Positions 25,901 through 35,278 of a stretch of 64,000 bases of DNA are shown one piece after another. The first letter of the stretch is position 1. Every line of letters begins with the position of its first letter. The DNA lies in the NCBI GenBank assembly GCA_032250805.1, contig JAVVEM010000008.1, positions 25,774-89,773 on the forward strand, written 5' to 3'. The notes below the pieces were generated by a model. The model had not been told where the DNA came from and searched no databases. It saw only the letters and a program-made list of their open reading frames with translations. The stretch comes from Bacteroidales bacterium. Lineage in GTDB: Bacteria; Bacteroidota; Bacteroidia; Bacteroidales; B18-G4. The position numbers and the translations under genes are program-made.

Positions 25901-27601
25901 TCTGTATTCGGCCAGGGCAGCGGGATAGTCTTTTTCGCTAAAGAGCTGGTCGGCATTTTTAAGTGCAAGGGTATAGGTTTCCTGCTCGGCCTTCAGCCGG
26001 GCAAGAATCTCATTGATCTCATTGATCTTTTCATCAGGATATTCCTCTTCCGGGATCAAATCGTTGGCTTCCACATAATCTAACTTGGCATCTTCCCATT
26101 CCCTTTTTGCGAAATGCTCATCGGCGCGTTCAATGGCAGCCAGGTAAAGATCTCTGGTATTTTTTTCAAGCCCAAGGATCTCATCGATCATCCTGACCTG
26201 ATCAACAGGGTAGGAGCGGTCGCTAAGGATCTCCTGTGCCTTAAGGTATTGTATACGTGCTTCTTTATAATCGCCCACATTAAAAAGCTTGTCGGCCCCC
26301 TGAATGATCTGTTCATACTGTTCGAGCATGTTTTTCAGCTCGGCAAGGATCATGTCAATCTCTTCAATACGCACTTTTGGATATTGCTCAAAGGATTTGA
26401 TCTGCGTGGCCCTGAGGTATTCAGCTCTGGCCTGCTCGTATTCTTTAGCGGCAAAAAGTTTGTCGGCCAGCGAAATGGTGTTTGTATATGCTTCTTCCTG
26501 TGCTTTTTTCAGAGCCATGATCTCTGTAATGCGTCCGATCCTGGCATTTGCGTGCTCGCCCCCAGGCCAATATCTCAGTGCATCGGAATAGGCCAGCATG
26601 GCGGCATCGTAGTTCTCCTGATTGTACAGTTCATCAGCTTTTGCAATAGCTTCTTCGTAGGCGGCCTTGTTCATTTCTGTTTTTTCTGAAAGGGCAACAT
26701 TGATCTTGCTGATGATCTCTTTCGGGTAACTCTCGTCGGGAAGCACCGTGAGCGCCTGTTCGTATTTTGTTTTGGCCTCGACAAATTTTTGCTGGATGTA
26801 TAATTCGTCCGCTTCAGAAACAAAACTGGTATAAGCCTCGTATTTTTTCAGAAATTCATTCAGTTCGCTGATCTTTATCTGGGGAAGGGCTTCATCGGGC
26901 TTCAGTTCTGCAGCGGTCTGATAGGCTTCAAGTTCTTTTTCGTAATCTTTCCTGGCATGGAACATTTTTGCCTCACTCAGGGCTTTTTGATAGCCGCTTT
27001 GCCGGGCAGCGATCTCGGTGAGCTTTTCGTTTGCTAAACTGATCTTGTCTTTGGCTTCCTGCCTGCCGGGGAAAAGGGCCAGTGCATCTTCATACTTTTT
27101 GATGGCTTCAGTATAGTCTTCAGCAGCAAAGAGCTTGTCGCCACTTGTGATCCGGTTCTGGTATTCGGCCAGTTTTTGTGCCTGTTCGGCTTTGCGCTCT
27201 TTTATCAGTTCGATCTGTTCGCGCGGATATTCCTGTGCAGGCATTATTTTGAGGGCTTCCTGGTAAGCAAGGATGGCCTTTTCGTAGGCGCCCTCATTAA
27301 AAAGCGCATCGGCAAATGAAAGTTTTTCGTTGTATACGCCGATATGCTCCATTTGTATGCGGAGCAGGCGGATAGATTCCTGCAACCTGTTTTTGGGGTA
27401 TTCCTCCCCGGGTTTTAACTGGGAGGCTATCTGATACGATGCCTTGGCATTGAGATAGTCTTCTGCCCCGAAGTATTTATCGCCCGACTCAATGGCTTGT
27501 CTGTATTGCTCTTCAGTCCCCTGGCCATAGCCCGGAGAAAAGGCCGTCAGCAAGGCGGAAAACACAAAAAATTTTATGAGATTGCAGATCTTCTTATTCA
27601 T
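22934..27601 (-). CDS. Secreted giant repeat protein: about 24 tandem TPR-like modules plus a unique C-terminal domain
   Basis: 1555 aa with signal peptide MNKKICNLIKFFVFSALLTAFSPGYGQ. A 60-75-aa module recurs: Y..AI..AD.LF....Y..A...Y..A...KP.E.YP..KI.EI..IL. The last ~150 aa are non-repetitive. Confidence 0.8.
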   Translation of the reverse strand: MNKKICNLIKFFVFSALLTAFSPGYGQGTEEQYRQAIESGDKYFGAEDYLNAKASYQIASQLKPGEEYPKNRLQESIRLLRIQMEHIGVYNEKLSFADALFNEGAYEKAILAYQEALKIMPAQEYPREQIELIKERKAEQAQKLAEYQNRITSGDKLFAAEDYTEAIKKYEDALALFPGRQEAKDKISLANEKLTEIAARQSGYQKALSEAKMFHARKDYEKELEAYQTAAELKPDEALPQIKISELNEFLKKYEAYTSFVSEADELYIQQKFVEAKTKYEQALTVLPDESYPKEIISKINVALSEKTEMNKAAYEEAIAKADELYNQENYDAAMLAYSDALRYWPGGEHANARIGRITEIMALKKAQEEAYTNTISLADKLFAAKEYEQARAEYLRATQIKSFEQYPKVRIEEIDMILAELKNMLEQYEQIIQGADKLFNVGDYKEARIQYLKAQEILSDRSYPVDQVRMIDEILGLEKNTRDLYLAAIERADEHFAKREWEDAKLDYVEANDLIPEEEYPDEKINEINEILARLKAEQETYTLALKNADQLFSEKDYPAALAEYRKAADIFTDEEYPRQKIEEINNILAALEQERILNENYTNAIAEADKLLADEKYTEAKAGYQKAAGLKPGEQYPQEQIRAIDSRLAEIARLEGIEESYTEAIGRGDAYFENQQYEQARAAYNEALAIKAEETYPAGKITEIDGILAETALRQATEAAYAAAIASADRLFAAANYKEAIASYSEAESIKPDETYPAEKIEEIGNIVAAEAAEAERLARLNADYAQAISEGDALLGQENFKAAREKFARALELKPQESYPREKINEIDNTVDAIEQQRILDENYAKAIAEADELLADEKYTEAKAGYQKAAGLKPGEQYPQEQIRAIDSRLAEIARLEGIEESYTEAIGRGDAYFENQQYEQARAAYNEALAIKAEETYPAGKITEIDGILAEIAQRQATEAAYAATIARADSLFASEKYEEASASYSKAADIKPDETYPADRIAAIELIFDEQARIAKQNEQYSIAISTADNFLGNQQYEEAREAYVRAQKIKADEAYPSTKIAEIDALLLAMEEQRQKEENFANSIARGESFLINKEYEQARTEFVKALEIKATEQYPADKIVEIDSILAEQAREQEIETAYAAAIARADKLLIDKEYTGAREAFTEALELKPADEYAGIKLEEVNGIIEEMNRLKEIEERYSNAIAAGDKAMANENYVSARKSYTEALKLKSDAPYPGIKIAEIDSIMQEQARQEAIQRAYNKAIDESYARAISNADQKYETKNFLEALQFYEEAVNLKPGESYPGSKIAEINAMLEELQEERDKAYAAAIAQADSYYDMGNYRSAKSSYQTAVNIKSEEQYARDRLDEVTRLYASQLEALRVDYQKYIADADNYFKEKIYDGAIESYRLAGALLPDEEYPGRMISRITKIINDNAITDVNKLAQVIPNNTDRRFDFEELPVNVRKQNYILIKARNLSDQDYKMLVNFGRNGSKTGGVVLQVPAGEGVKDYIIRIGALYRWFSEDNNWLSIYPEGGDIEVSLIRISKSD
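24747..25035. repeat. Intragenic duplication, copy A (289 bp, identical to 25479-25767)
   Basis: My base-by-base comparison of the two stretches found them identical, offset by 732 bp (244 codons). Flanks are about 80-85% identical out to roughly 24600 and 25060. Confidence 0.9.
25479..25767. repeat. Intragenic duplication, copy B (289 bp, identical to 24747-25035)
   Basis: Same comparison as copy A. The protein segment ADEKYTEAKAGYQKAAGLKPGEQYPQEQIRAIDSRLAEIARLEGIEESYTEAIGRGDAYFENQQYEQARAAYNEALAIKAEETYPAGKITEIDGILAE occurs twice. Confidence 0.9.
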
Positions 27602-27682
27602 TTCAGAATATGTCCTATATCCTCTTTTATTATCAACACTTTAAAACGTCTATTGTTAGAATATATTGCAGATTTATCAGCA

Positions 27683-28342
27683 TCATACGGCATTGCTGAT
27701 GATGCCGTCTTTAATAAGAAATTGCCGGTCGGCCATGCTTGCCAGTTCCATGTTGTGGGTAACGATCACAAAGGTTTGATCAAATTCTTTCCTGAGGTTC
27801 AGAAATAGCTTATGCAGTTCGAGGGAATTTGCCGAGTCGAGGTTTCCTGATGGTTCATCGGCCAGCACCACTGCCGGCTTATTTATCAGCGCCCTGGCAA
27901 CGGCAACGCGCTGTTGTTCGCCTCCCGAAAGTGCCGAAGGTTTATGCTCCATACGATCCGATAACTGAAGGTATTCCAGTAAGCTGCCTGCTTTTTTTAC
28001 GGCTTCCTTTTTCGAATGTCCTGCGATGTAGGCAGGGATACAAACATTTTCAAGTGCCGTAAACTCCGGAAGCAAATGGTGAAACTGAAACACAAAGCCG
28101 ATCTCTTTATTTCTGAATGCCGATAGTTTTTTTTCGTTCAATGAAGAAACTTCCAGACCGTTGATCATAAGCTGCCCGCGGTCGGCTTTGTCGAGGGTGC
28201 CCACAATATGAAGTAAAGTTGACTTGCCTGCCCCGGAAGCTCCTACGATGGAAATGATCTCACCCTTGTTTATTTCGAGCGAAATACCTTTGAGAACCTC
28301 CAGGCTTCCATATGATTTGTGAATGTCTTCTGCCTTTATCAT
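27683..28342 (-). CDS. ABC transporter ATP-binding protein (LolD/MacB-ATPase-like)
   Basis: Walker [10 protein letters not shown], signature LSGGEQQRV, Walker B VVLADEP. The start was trimmed to [12 protein letters not shown] (ATG at 28342); the track ORF extends to 28501. Confidence 0.85.
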   Translation of the reverse strand: MIKAEDIHKSYGSLEVLKGISLEINKGEIISIVGASGAGKSTLLHIVGTLDKADRGQLMINGLEVSSLNEKKLSAFRNKEIGFVFQFHHLLPEFTALENVCIPAYIAGHSKKEAVKKAGSLLEYLQLSDRMEHKPSALSGGEQQRVAVARALINKPAVVLADEPSGNLDSANSLELHKLFLNLRKEFDQTFVIVTHNMELASMADRQFLIKDGIISNAV

Positions 28343-28531
28343 GCTATTGTCAAAATATGCCGCAAAGATAATTCTTTTTCGCTCTTGGTATGATATCCTC
28401 CCGTGTATGCCGGTATAAGTCATTGCGGCATTATACCCATGTATAAAAATTACAATGCAATTGTTTCTGATCAGGGGTTTCACGAATATCCGGAAAAACA
28501 CTATTTTTGTCGCTCATAAAAAAACCAGCAT

Positions 28532-29722
28532 ATGAATTTACATGAATATCAGGGCAAGTCAATCCTCAAAAAATACGGAGTAGCCATACCCCTTGGTTAT
28601 GTGGCTGAATCGCCTGAACAAGCCAGGGAAATGGCCAAGAAAATATTTGATGAAACAGGCATGGATACCTTTGCTGTAAAAGCGCAGATCCATGCAGGCG
28701 GACGTGGCAAGGGCGGTGGTGTGAAGATCGCAAAGTCGCTTGATGAGGTCCAGTCCTATGCCGACCAGATCATCGGCATGCAGCTCGTTACACCTCAGAC
28801 AGGCCCTGAGGGCAAGAAAGTAAGGAAAGTGCTCATCGAACAAAATATCTATTACCCTGGCCAATCCGAACCTGCCGAATATTATATGAGCATCCTTCTG
28901 AATCGCGATAAGGGAAGAAATATGATCATGTATTCACCACGTGGTGGGATGAATATCGAACAGGTTGCCGAAGAAACTCCTGAGGAGATCTTCACTGAGA
29001 TGATCGACCCCAGGGTGGGTTTACAGGGATTTCAGTGCCGCAGGGTGGCCTTTAACCTTGGCTTGTCGGGCGATGCTTTTAAAAACATGGTGAAGTTTGT
29101 TTATGCCCTGTTCAGTGCTTATCAGGGCAGTGATGCATCGCTTTTTGAGATCAATCCCGTGATGAAGACTTCCGACAACAGGATATTTGCTGCTGATGCA
29201 AAAGTTGTGGTCGACAATAATGCCTTGTACCGTCATGAGGATATCCAGGAAATGCGCGACTTTTTTGAAGAAGATCCCATCGAGGTGGAGGCAAGCAAAT
29301 ACGACCTCAGCTATGTAAAGCTCGATGGTAATGTGGGGTGTATGGTAAATGGTGCCGGCCTGGCTATGGCAACCATGGACATTATCAAGCAATCAGGTGC
29401 CGATCCGGCCAATTTTCTTGATGTTGGGGGAACCGCCAGTGCCAAAAGGGTAGAGGAGGCTTTCCGTATCATCCTTAAAGACCCGAATGTTAAGGCCATA
29501 CTTGTGAATATTTTCGGAGGCATCGTAAGATGCGACAGGGTTGCACAGGGCGTGGTTGATGCCTATAAAAATATTGGTGAGATCAATGTCCCGATCATCG
29601 TGCGCCTGCAGGGAACAAATGCCGAAGAGGGCAAGGAGCTCATTGACAATTCAGGGCTGAAAGTTCATTCAGCCATACTGCTCGAAGATGCTGCACGCAT
29701 GGTTACCGAAGTATTGGCATAA
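28532..29722 (+). CDS. sucC: Succinate--CoA ligase (ADP-forming) subunit beta
   Basis: MNLHEYQGKSILKKYGV...KAQIHAGGRGKGGGVK...NIFGGIVRCD, the classic SucC sequence. 396 aa. Confidence 0.95.
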   Translation: MNLHEYQGKSILKKYGVAIPLGYVAESPEQAREMAKKIFDETGMDTFAVKAQIHAGGRGKGGGVKIAKSLDEVQSYADQIIGMQLVTPQTGPEGKKVRKVLIEQNIYYPGQSEPAEYYMSILLNRDKGRNMIMYSPRGGMNIEQVAEETPEEIFTEMIDPRVGLQGFQCRRVAFNLGLSGDAFKNMVKFVYALFSAYQGSDASLFEINPVMKTSDNRIFAADAKVVVDNNALYRHEDIQEMRDFFEEDPIEVEASKYDLSYVKLDGNVGCMVNGAGLAMATMDIIKQSGADPANFLDVGGTASAKRVEEAFRIILKDPNVKAILVNIFGGIVRCDRVAQGVVDAYKNIGEINVPIIVRLQGTNAEEGKELIDNSGLKVHSAILLEDAARMVTEVLA

Positions 29723-29747
29723 GCGCGCCACAAAGCCATTTTATTTG

Positions 29748-29978
29748 CTATTTCTTTTGCTGGTTCATGAGTTCCTGATAAATATTCAGGATCTCATCCC
29801 TGTATTTGGGCGAAGCTTCAATAAATCCCCAACCTTGCTGGTAGGCAAAAAGCCCGTCGTAGGCCGAATCATGATAGGTACGGATAATATAAGGGATGTC
29901 CCTGTCGATCAGTACTGATTCAATCAGGTTGGCAATGCCTTCGTTTTCGAGGTCAAGGATTCTTTCAAGGTCTTCCAT
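29748..29978 (-). CDS. Small hypothetical protein (76 aa)
   Basis: Clean ORF immediately downstream of dnaB on the same strand. I cannot place it in a family with confidence. Confidence 0.5.
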   Translation of the reverse strand: MEDLERILDLENEGIANLIESVLIDRDIPYIIRTYHDSAYDGLFAYQQGWGFIEASPKYRDEILNIYQELMNQQKK

Positions 29979-29989
29979 ATTCTTTTATG

Positions 29990-31492
29990 TTAAAATGGGG
30001 TATCATCATCATCAATATCGTCATTCATTTTCGACGGAATGGTGTAGCTGTCGCCATTGCCGCCAAGGTTTGGAAATCCAAAATCGGGTTCGGCATATTT
30101 TGCAAAGTCGCTGATAAATCTGAGCTTCACATCGCCAAGGGCACCGTTGCGGTGTTTGGCAATATTGATAATGGCCTGGCCCGCCAGGTCGTTGTCCTTA
30201 TCATCCTGTGTGATGCCGTAGTACTCAGGCCGGTAGATAAAGATCACAATATCCGCATCCTGTTCAATGGCACCCGATTCGCGGAGGTCGGAAAGGATCG
30301 GCTTTTTATCGCCGGCCCTGGTTTCCACTGCACGGCTGAGCTGCGAGAGTGCCATCACCGGCACGTCGAGCTCTTTTGCAAGAGCCTTGAGCGAGCGCGA
30401 GATCTGGCTGATCTCCTGTTCACGGTTTCCTTTATTGTCTTGCGTGCCGACCATCAGCTGGAGGTAATCAACAAAAATCATCTGGATATCATTCTGCGCT
30501 TTGAGGCGCCTGCATTTGGCACGAAGTTCAAAAATTGTGAGTGCCGGGGTGTCATCAATGAATATCTTTGCATCTTCCAGCTTACGTATCTTGGTATTCA
30601 ACTGCTGCCATTCAAAATCCTGCAGATCGCCCCTGCGCAGTTTATCGGAATTTAATTGTGTTTCGGCAGAGATCAGCCTGGTGACGAGCTGCACCGACGA
30701 CATTTCGAGTGAGAAAAGGGCAATGGGCTTTTTATGGTCGACGGCCATATTCCTGGCAAGGGTAAGGGCCAGGGCTGTTTTTCCCATACCCGGACGGGAT
30801 GCCAGAATGATAAGGTCTGACTTTTGAAAGCCGTTGGTAATCCTGTCCAGCTCGGTAAAGCCTGAAGGGATACCGCGCATTTTGGTGTCGGAATCCTTGG
30901 CCACTTCAATATCGCGGATGGCATCACGCATCAGTTGGCCCATTTCGCCCTGCTGCCGGCGGATATTCTGTTCGCTAACCTCGAAAAGATTCTTCTCCGC
31001 ACGGTCGAGCAATTCAAACACATCGGTGGTGTCTTCATACGCATCTTTAATGATCTCGCCCGATACCCTGATCAGCTCGCGCTGGATGTATTTCTGGAGG
31101 ATGATACGTGCATGATATTCAACATTGGCAGAAGAAGCAACCCTGTTCGTCAATTGTGAAATATAATAAGCTCCGCCAACAAGGTCGAGTTTTCCGTCGC
31201 TTTTTAACTGGTTCACTACAGTTAATATGTCGACGGGTTCCGATTTATTGAAAAGTTCTAAAATAGCCTGGTAAATATGTTTGTTCACATCTTTGTAAAA
31301 GGCATCGGGCTTGAGGATGTCGATCACGGCGGTAAGTGCATCTTTTTCAAGCATAACGGCTCCCAAAACTGCTTCTTCAAGATCGGTGGCCTGCGGGGGT
31401 ACGCGACCATGGTCGAGGAGGGGATTGCTCTCCGGAGACCTTTTCAGCCTTTTTCGCGCATTTTCCTGCTGACTGCTTAGTTTATTTTCCAT
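29990..31492 (-). CDS. dnaB: Replicative DNA helicase DnaB
   Basis: 500 aa with PPQATDLEEAVLGAVML, Walker A ASRPGMGKTA, Walker B IFVDYLQLM, and SQLSRAVE. Confidence 0.93.
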   Translation of the reverse strand: MENKLSSQQENARKRLKRSPESNPLLDHGRVPPQATDLEEAVLGAVMLEKDALTAVIDILKPDAFYKDVNKHIYQAILELFNKSEPVDILTVVNQLKSDGKLDLVGGAYYISQLTNRVASSANVEYHARIILQKYIQRELIRVSGEIIKDAYEDTTDVFELLDRAEKNLFEVSEQNIRRQQGEMGQLMRDAIRDIEVAKDSDTKMRGIPSGFTELDRITNGFQKSDLIILASRPGMGKTALALTLARNMAVDHKKPIALFSLEMSSVQLVTRLISAETQLNSDKLRRGDLQDFEWQQLNTKIRKLEDAKIFIDDTPALTIFELRAKCRRLKAQNDIQMIFVDYLQLMVGTQDNKGNREQEISQISRSLKALAKELDVPVMALSQLSRAVETRAGDKKPILSDLRESGAIEQDADIVIFIYRPEYYGITQDDKDNDLAGQAIINIAKHRNGALGDVKLRFISDFAKYAEPDFGFPNLGGNGDSYTIPSKMNDDIDDDDTPF

Positions 31493-31659
31493 GCTTCAAA
31501 GTTACAAATAAAGAAGTGCGTGAGGCAATCATGTTGCATAAGTTATCATTATAAATCCTGTTGATAAATTGTTAGTATCTTCATTCCGGACAGGCTTTGC
31601 CTGGCAGGCGTTATCAGGTGTTCGTGCGGTGTTTTAATGCACGAAATTGAGTTTGCTTT

Positions 31660-32748
31660 TTAATGGCTGGAACAATGCTGAAGAATCATTATATTGTCTT
31701 TCAGTAGCTTTGCCGTGAGGCATGAGTGTACCGGTACTATTCCCAGAATATCGCCATGCCTGATCCGGGAAATAAAATCCGGCTCTGATTTAATTATTCC
31801 GTGTTCCTGGCTCAGGGAAATAACATAAGTGTCGTTGACAGGTGTGCTCCAACCATTATCGTTGAAATGAACTACCTGGCCGTAAATGTTCAGTTTATCT
31901 TTTTTCAGGAATTCTTTTGAAAGCTGTGAGGCTCCCCCATAGATCAAAAACTCATTTCTGTCGGTGTATATGCCGCTTACAGGGCAGGCCACACATACTG
32001 CAATATCTTCAAAAGCGCAGCTTCCGAGGTAGTATTGCATAAGATCATAATAAACAAAATTTCCCGGCCGGATCTCATCAACAATGCTCAGGTCATCGAC
32101 AAGGCTGCATGAAGGTGTGTCGCCCATGGAAATAATAATATCAGGGTTGGATGCAGCAAAGTTGTCTTTCAATGACTTTAAAATTCCGGCATCGCGGGTA
32201 AAAATATTTTTGATCCGCTCTCTGTCCTGTGCATTATATGTGTTGCCCGAATGTGTTAAGAACCCCTTGAACCGAAGATGTTTATATTTATTGAGGCTTG
32301 CTATGCAGAGGCTTATCTTTTCCTGATCGGCATAATTCATTCCACTACGCCTGTAGCCTGCGTCGATCTCAATAAATATTCCAACAGTAGAATCGATTTG
32401 TGAGGCCAGAGGAGCGATCACCTCCACGGAGTCGACAAGCAGATTGAGCCGGATTTCTTTCGCCAGAGCCCTGATCATTTCTATCTCCCTGATGTTTACC
32501 GGGAAGGCAATGGTAATGTCGTCCCAGCCGGCTGAAGCAAATTGCCTGGCCATGGATACCGACGATACGGTGATACTGTTCACTCCGTAGTCTTTGAACC
32601 AATGCCCGATCGCCTCAGACTGATGCGTTTTAAAATGCGGACGGAAGGCTACGCCCGAATCCCTGGCCTTGCCGGCCATACGCATAATATTTGCCCGGCA
32701 AACAGCCTCATTGACAATAAAGGTGGGTTTTGTAATTGAAGGGTGCAT
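31660..32748 (-). CDS. D-TA/D-serine dehydratase-like PLP enzyme (alanine racemase N-terminal fold)
   Basis: PLP-lysine context FRPHFKTHQS with a C-terminal D-serine-dehydratase-like segment. The start was trimmed to MHPSITKPTF (ATG at 32748); the track ORF extends to 32835. Confidence 0.65.
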   Translation of the reverse strand: MHPSITKPTFIVNEAVCRANIMRMAGKARDSGVAFRPHFKTHQSEAIGHWFKDYGVNSITVSSVSMARQFASAGWDDITIAFPVNIREIEMIRALAKEIRLNLLVDSVEVIAPLASQIDSTVGIFIEIDAGYRRSGMNYADQEKISLCIASLNKYKHLRFKGFLTHSGNTYNAQDRERIKNIFTRDAGILKSLKDNFAASNPDIIISMGDTPSCSLVDDLSIVDEIRPGNFVYYDLMQYYLGSCAFEDIAVCVACPVSGIYTDRNEFLIYGGASQLSKEFLKKDKLNIYGQVVHFNDNGWSTPVNDTYVISLSQEHGIIKSEPDFISRIRHGDILGIVPVHSCLTAKLLKDNIMILQHCSSH

Positions 32749-32907
32749 GTAATCAAAATAAGTCGTGGTTGTTATGGAAGCACCAATCGCACAAGCCCTG
32801 CCAAAGGCTTTAAGCGTGGTGCACTTTTTACTCAATCCTTACAAGGGATGATATTTTTGCACGCAGATCATTGACCATTAAGCAGTTATAATGCTTTGCA
32901 ATTTGTC

Positions 32908-33912
32908 TCAGGCCTCATCGCTGCTATATTTTTCCCGGTCGCTGAAGTATTTCATGAACTGAACCCTTTCATACAGACTCGGGTTGACATACTCTTCCTG
33001 GCTAAGCTTGCCTTTGAAACCTGAAATGCTGTCGAATCCCTTTTCTTTCATCCAGTCCTGCATTTCTTCGATCACAGTAGCCAGGTATTCGGGCCCGTGC
33101 TTGTACAAGGCCGATACCATCTGAACCGCGTCAGCACCTGCCAGAAGCTGCTTGATCACTGCTTTTCCGTCGTGCACGCCGGTTGATGCTGCCAGATCGC
33201 ATTTAACCCTGTTGGCCATGATGCCGATCCAGCGCAGCGAAGTGGACAGTTCTTTCGGACTGCTCAGCACATTTGTTGAGATGATCTCCATTTTATCCAG
33301 ATCGATGTCGGGGCTGTAAAATCTGTTAAAGAGCACAATGCCGTTTACACCTGTTTTTGAAAGTACTTTTATGGCTCTTCCAAGATTAGAGAAATAATAG
33401 CTGATCTTTATGGATAAGGGTATGCTTATCGAATTCTTCACATCATTTATGATCTCAAGATAAGTGTGGTCAATATCTTCAAGGCTTTTGTCGATTGTGG
33501 AAGGGAGGATGAACATGTTAAGCTCAAGTGCATCGGCCCCGGCTTGCTCAATTTTACTTGCAAAATAAGTCCACTCATGCGAACTAACGCAGTTGATGCT
33601 TGCAATTACCGGGATCTTTACCTTTTTTTTTGAATCGCCGATAAGTTTGATATATTTTTCGATGTTTTGCTCTTTTATCTTGTAATCAAAATAATCGAGG
33701 TAGTCGTCCTTATACCTTGAAGGTGCTTCTTCGGTCAGCACTTTTTCGTATTCCATGGTGATCTCTTCCTCGAAAATAGATTTCAGAACCACCGCTCCGG
33801 CGCCGGATCTTTCCAGATCGGATATTTTTTTTACACTGTCGGTAAGCCCCGAACTGCCTATAATTACCGGGTTTCTGAGTTCGAGTCCTAAGTATTTTGT
33901 CGAAAGATCCAT
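32908..33912 (-). CDS. Dihydroorotate dehydrogenase-like TIM-barrel flavoprotein
   Basis: 334 aa beginning MDLSTKYLGLELRNPVIIGSSGLT, with class-1 DHOD-like barrel signatures. Confidence 0.75.
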   Translation of the reverse strand: MDLSTKYLGLELRNPVIIGSSGLTDSVKKISDLERSGAGAVVLKSIFEEEITMEYEKVLTEEAPSRYKDDYLDYFDYKIKEQNIEKYIKLIGDSKKKVKIPVIASINCVSSHEWTYFASKIEQAGADALELNMFILPSTIDKSLEDIDHTYLEIINDVKNSISIPLSIKISYYFSNLGRAIKVLSKTGVNGIVLFNRFYSPDIDLDKMEIISTNVLSSPKELSTSLRWIGIMANRVKCDLAASTGVHDGKAVIKQLLAGADAVQMVSALYKHGPEYLATVIEEMQDWMKEKGFDSISGFKGKLSQEEYVNPSLYERVQFMKYFSDREKYSSDEA

Positions 33913-33990
33913 AAATGTATATTTTGGTTGAATAGCATTACAAATTTAGCGAATATGATTAAACTTTGAAAGTTTTAGTGCAGGATCAGA

Positions 33991-35253
33991 TCATCGTGCA
34001 GTGATCTGCTTAAAAAGTTCTGCCAAAGCAGCAGCCCATGCGCCGGAATACTCCTCAAGGTTTTTTTGTACATCTTCCGACGGATAAGCCTTCAGATAGT
34101 GGTGTGCACATATGGGATCAGATGTGTATGATGGTGTACTGGTTCCGGCACCGCTTAGTTTTTGGATGTTTTCCAGCAGCGATTCTCCATCTTTAAGGAA
34201 CAAAAGATCGCTGTCGTCAGCAAGAAAGCCGGCCAGGTCGATAATATTTTTACCAGGCAGAAGGTTGCTCACGATGTTCTCCTGTGCAAAGCAAACAACA
34301 GCATGTATATCGTGTGTTGCCTGCAGCAATTGTTTTTGCAACTCTGTTTCGGGATTGCTCAGGTGATCATAAATACTGATCATGGTCTTGTTTGCTGTTT
34401 GCAATGCGAAGGCATAAGGAACCGGCTGATAAGGATGCGTGCCTTTATAGAGTGGAATAGCCGGTCGTATGGGAAGTACCTTCAGAAAAGCGATGTTTCC
34501 TTCAGCCTGTGATTTTTCTGCAGCCGGCAATTCAGGATTGAAGTGCTGCAACAATTCCTTTTTTGGCACTTTTGGCACATGCTTCCAGCAGTGCCCGATA
34601 AAATCGCATTCGTATGGGTCGCTGCAATGCGGGCCAACTTCGATCTTTGGCGAGTGGGGCAGGGTGAGGGTTTCTTTTTCTTTCAGGATCTGGCTCCTGA
34701 TAAATTCCTGGCGCGACAATGCTTCGTCGGTAACATGAACGGTTTTGAAGAGTTTGGCCGGCTCGATCTCATCGCCACGCTCATAGTTTTCATCAATGTG
34801 GATGATCGATATGCTTTGCAGGTCCAGTCCTGTGCCCCGGATAACATAGTACTGCAGGGCCGCGTCCATCAGATATGTGGGAGATATCCCCCTCGAGCTC
34901 TTTACTTCGTATGCATGCCAGCCGGTAGCTGTCTTCACGAGGATGTCGAGGAAAATAAGGATCTGGTCATACTGAAAGCCTGCTTCGTAGATCACCGGAT
35001 AGCCTGATCTGATCTTTTCCTGTGTAAGCATTACAGATCTTCTGTATCCCGAAGGATGTCCGGGGCTCATATCTATACCCCCGGGGAAAAGCTGTTGCGC
35101 CAGCCCGCCCACTTCATGCCCTCTTCTGAAAACGATCATCCGCTCCTGCGGAAGCCTGTCGCGTAAAAAAGGCCTTTTTTTATTAAGGTATAAGGATTTA
35201 AGGCACTGTACGCCCCGGATAAAGGTAGATTTGGAGAGGAGATGCTTTTCCAT
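33991..35253 (-). CDS. DUF2779-like protein (PD-(D/E)XK/Cas4-like nuclease fold with cysteine cluster)
   Basis: N-terminus LSKSTFIRGVQCLKSLYL is typical of DUF2779. Also YEVKSS and HCSDPYECDFIGHCW. Confidence 0.6.
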   Translation of the reverse strand: MEKHLLSKSTFIRGVQCLKSLYLNKKRPFLRDRLPQERMIVFRRGHEVGGLAQQLFPGGIDMSPGHPSGYRRSVMLTQEKIRSGYPVIYEAGFQYDQILIFLDILVKTATGWHAYEVKSSRGISPTYLMDAALQYYVIRGTGLDLQSISIIHIDENYERGDEIEPAKLFKTVHVTDEALSRQEFIRSQILKEKETLTLPHSPKIEVGPHCSDPYECDFIGHCWKHVPKVPKKELLQHFNPELPAAEKSQAEGNIAFLKVLPIRPAIPLYKGTHPYQPVPYAFALQTANKTMISIYDHLSNPETELQKQLLQATHDIHAVVCFAQENIVSNLLPGKNIIDLAGFLADDSDLLFLKDGESLLENIQKLSGAGTSTPSYTSDPICAHHYLKAYPSEDVQKNLEEYSGAWAAALAELFKQITAR

Positions 35254-35278
35254 GCCCCAAATGTAATGAAATTGTTTG

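Noticed and set aside
24725-26689. Three antisense ORFs of 174-214 aa opposite the giant repeat gene (24725-25369, 25559-26083, 26114-26689). Two of them share an identical stretch.
   Set aside because: The sense strand encodes a coherent 1555-aa modular protein. The Glu/Ala/Lys/Tyr-rich repeat codons simply lack stop codons in the antisense frame. The shared stretch only reflects the 289-bp DNA duplication.
28343-28501. N-terminal extensions of track ORFs: 28343-28501, 32749-32835, 35828-36064, 39315-39392, 45272-45331, 47394-47432, 48747-48911, 48786-48845, 50850-50876, 58683-58757 and 62839-62934.
   Set aside because: In each case an internal ATG begins the conserved N-terminus or a signal peptide. 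The extension is non-conserved-looking, overlaps a neighbouring gene, or sits in a promoter region.
28532-29722. Missing sucD next to sucC as an anomaly.
   Set aside because: From memory, the two subunit genes are often unlinked in Bacteroidota. The sucC ORF is intact, so this is not evidence of decay.
29990-31492. Intein or insertion in DnaB.
   Set aside because: The 500-aa length is within the normal range, and the Walker A, Walker B and SQLSR motifs are contiguous with no interrupting block.
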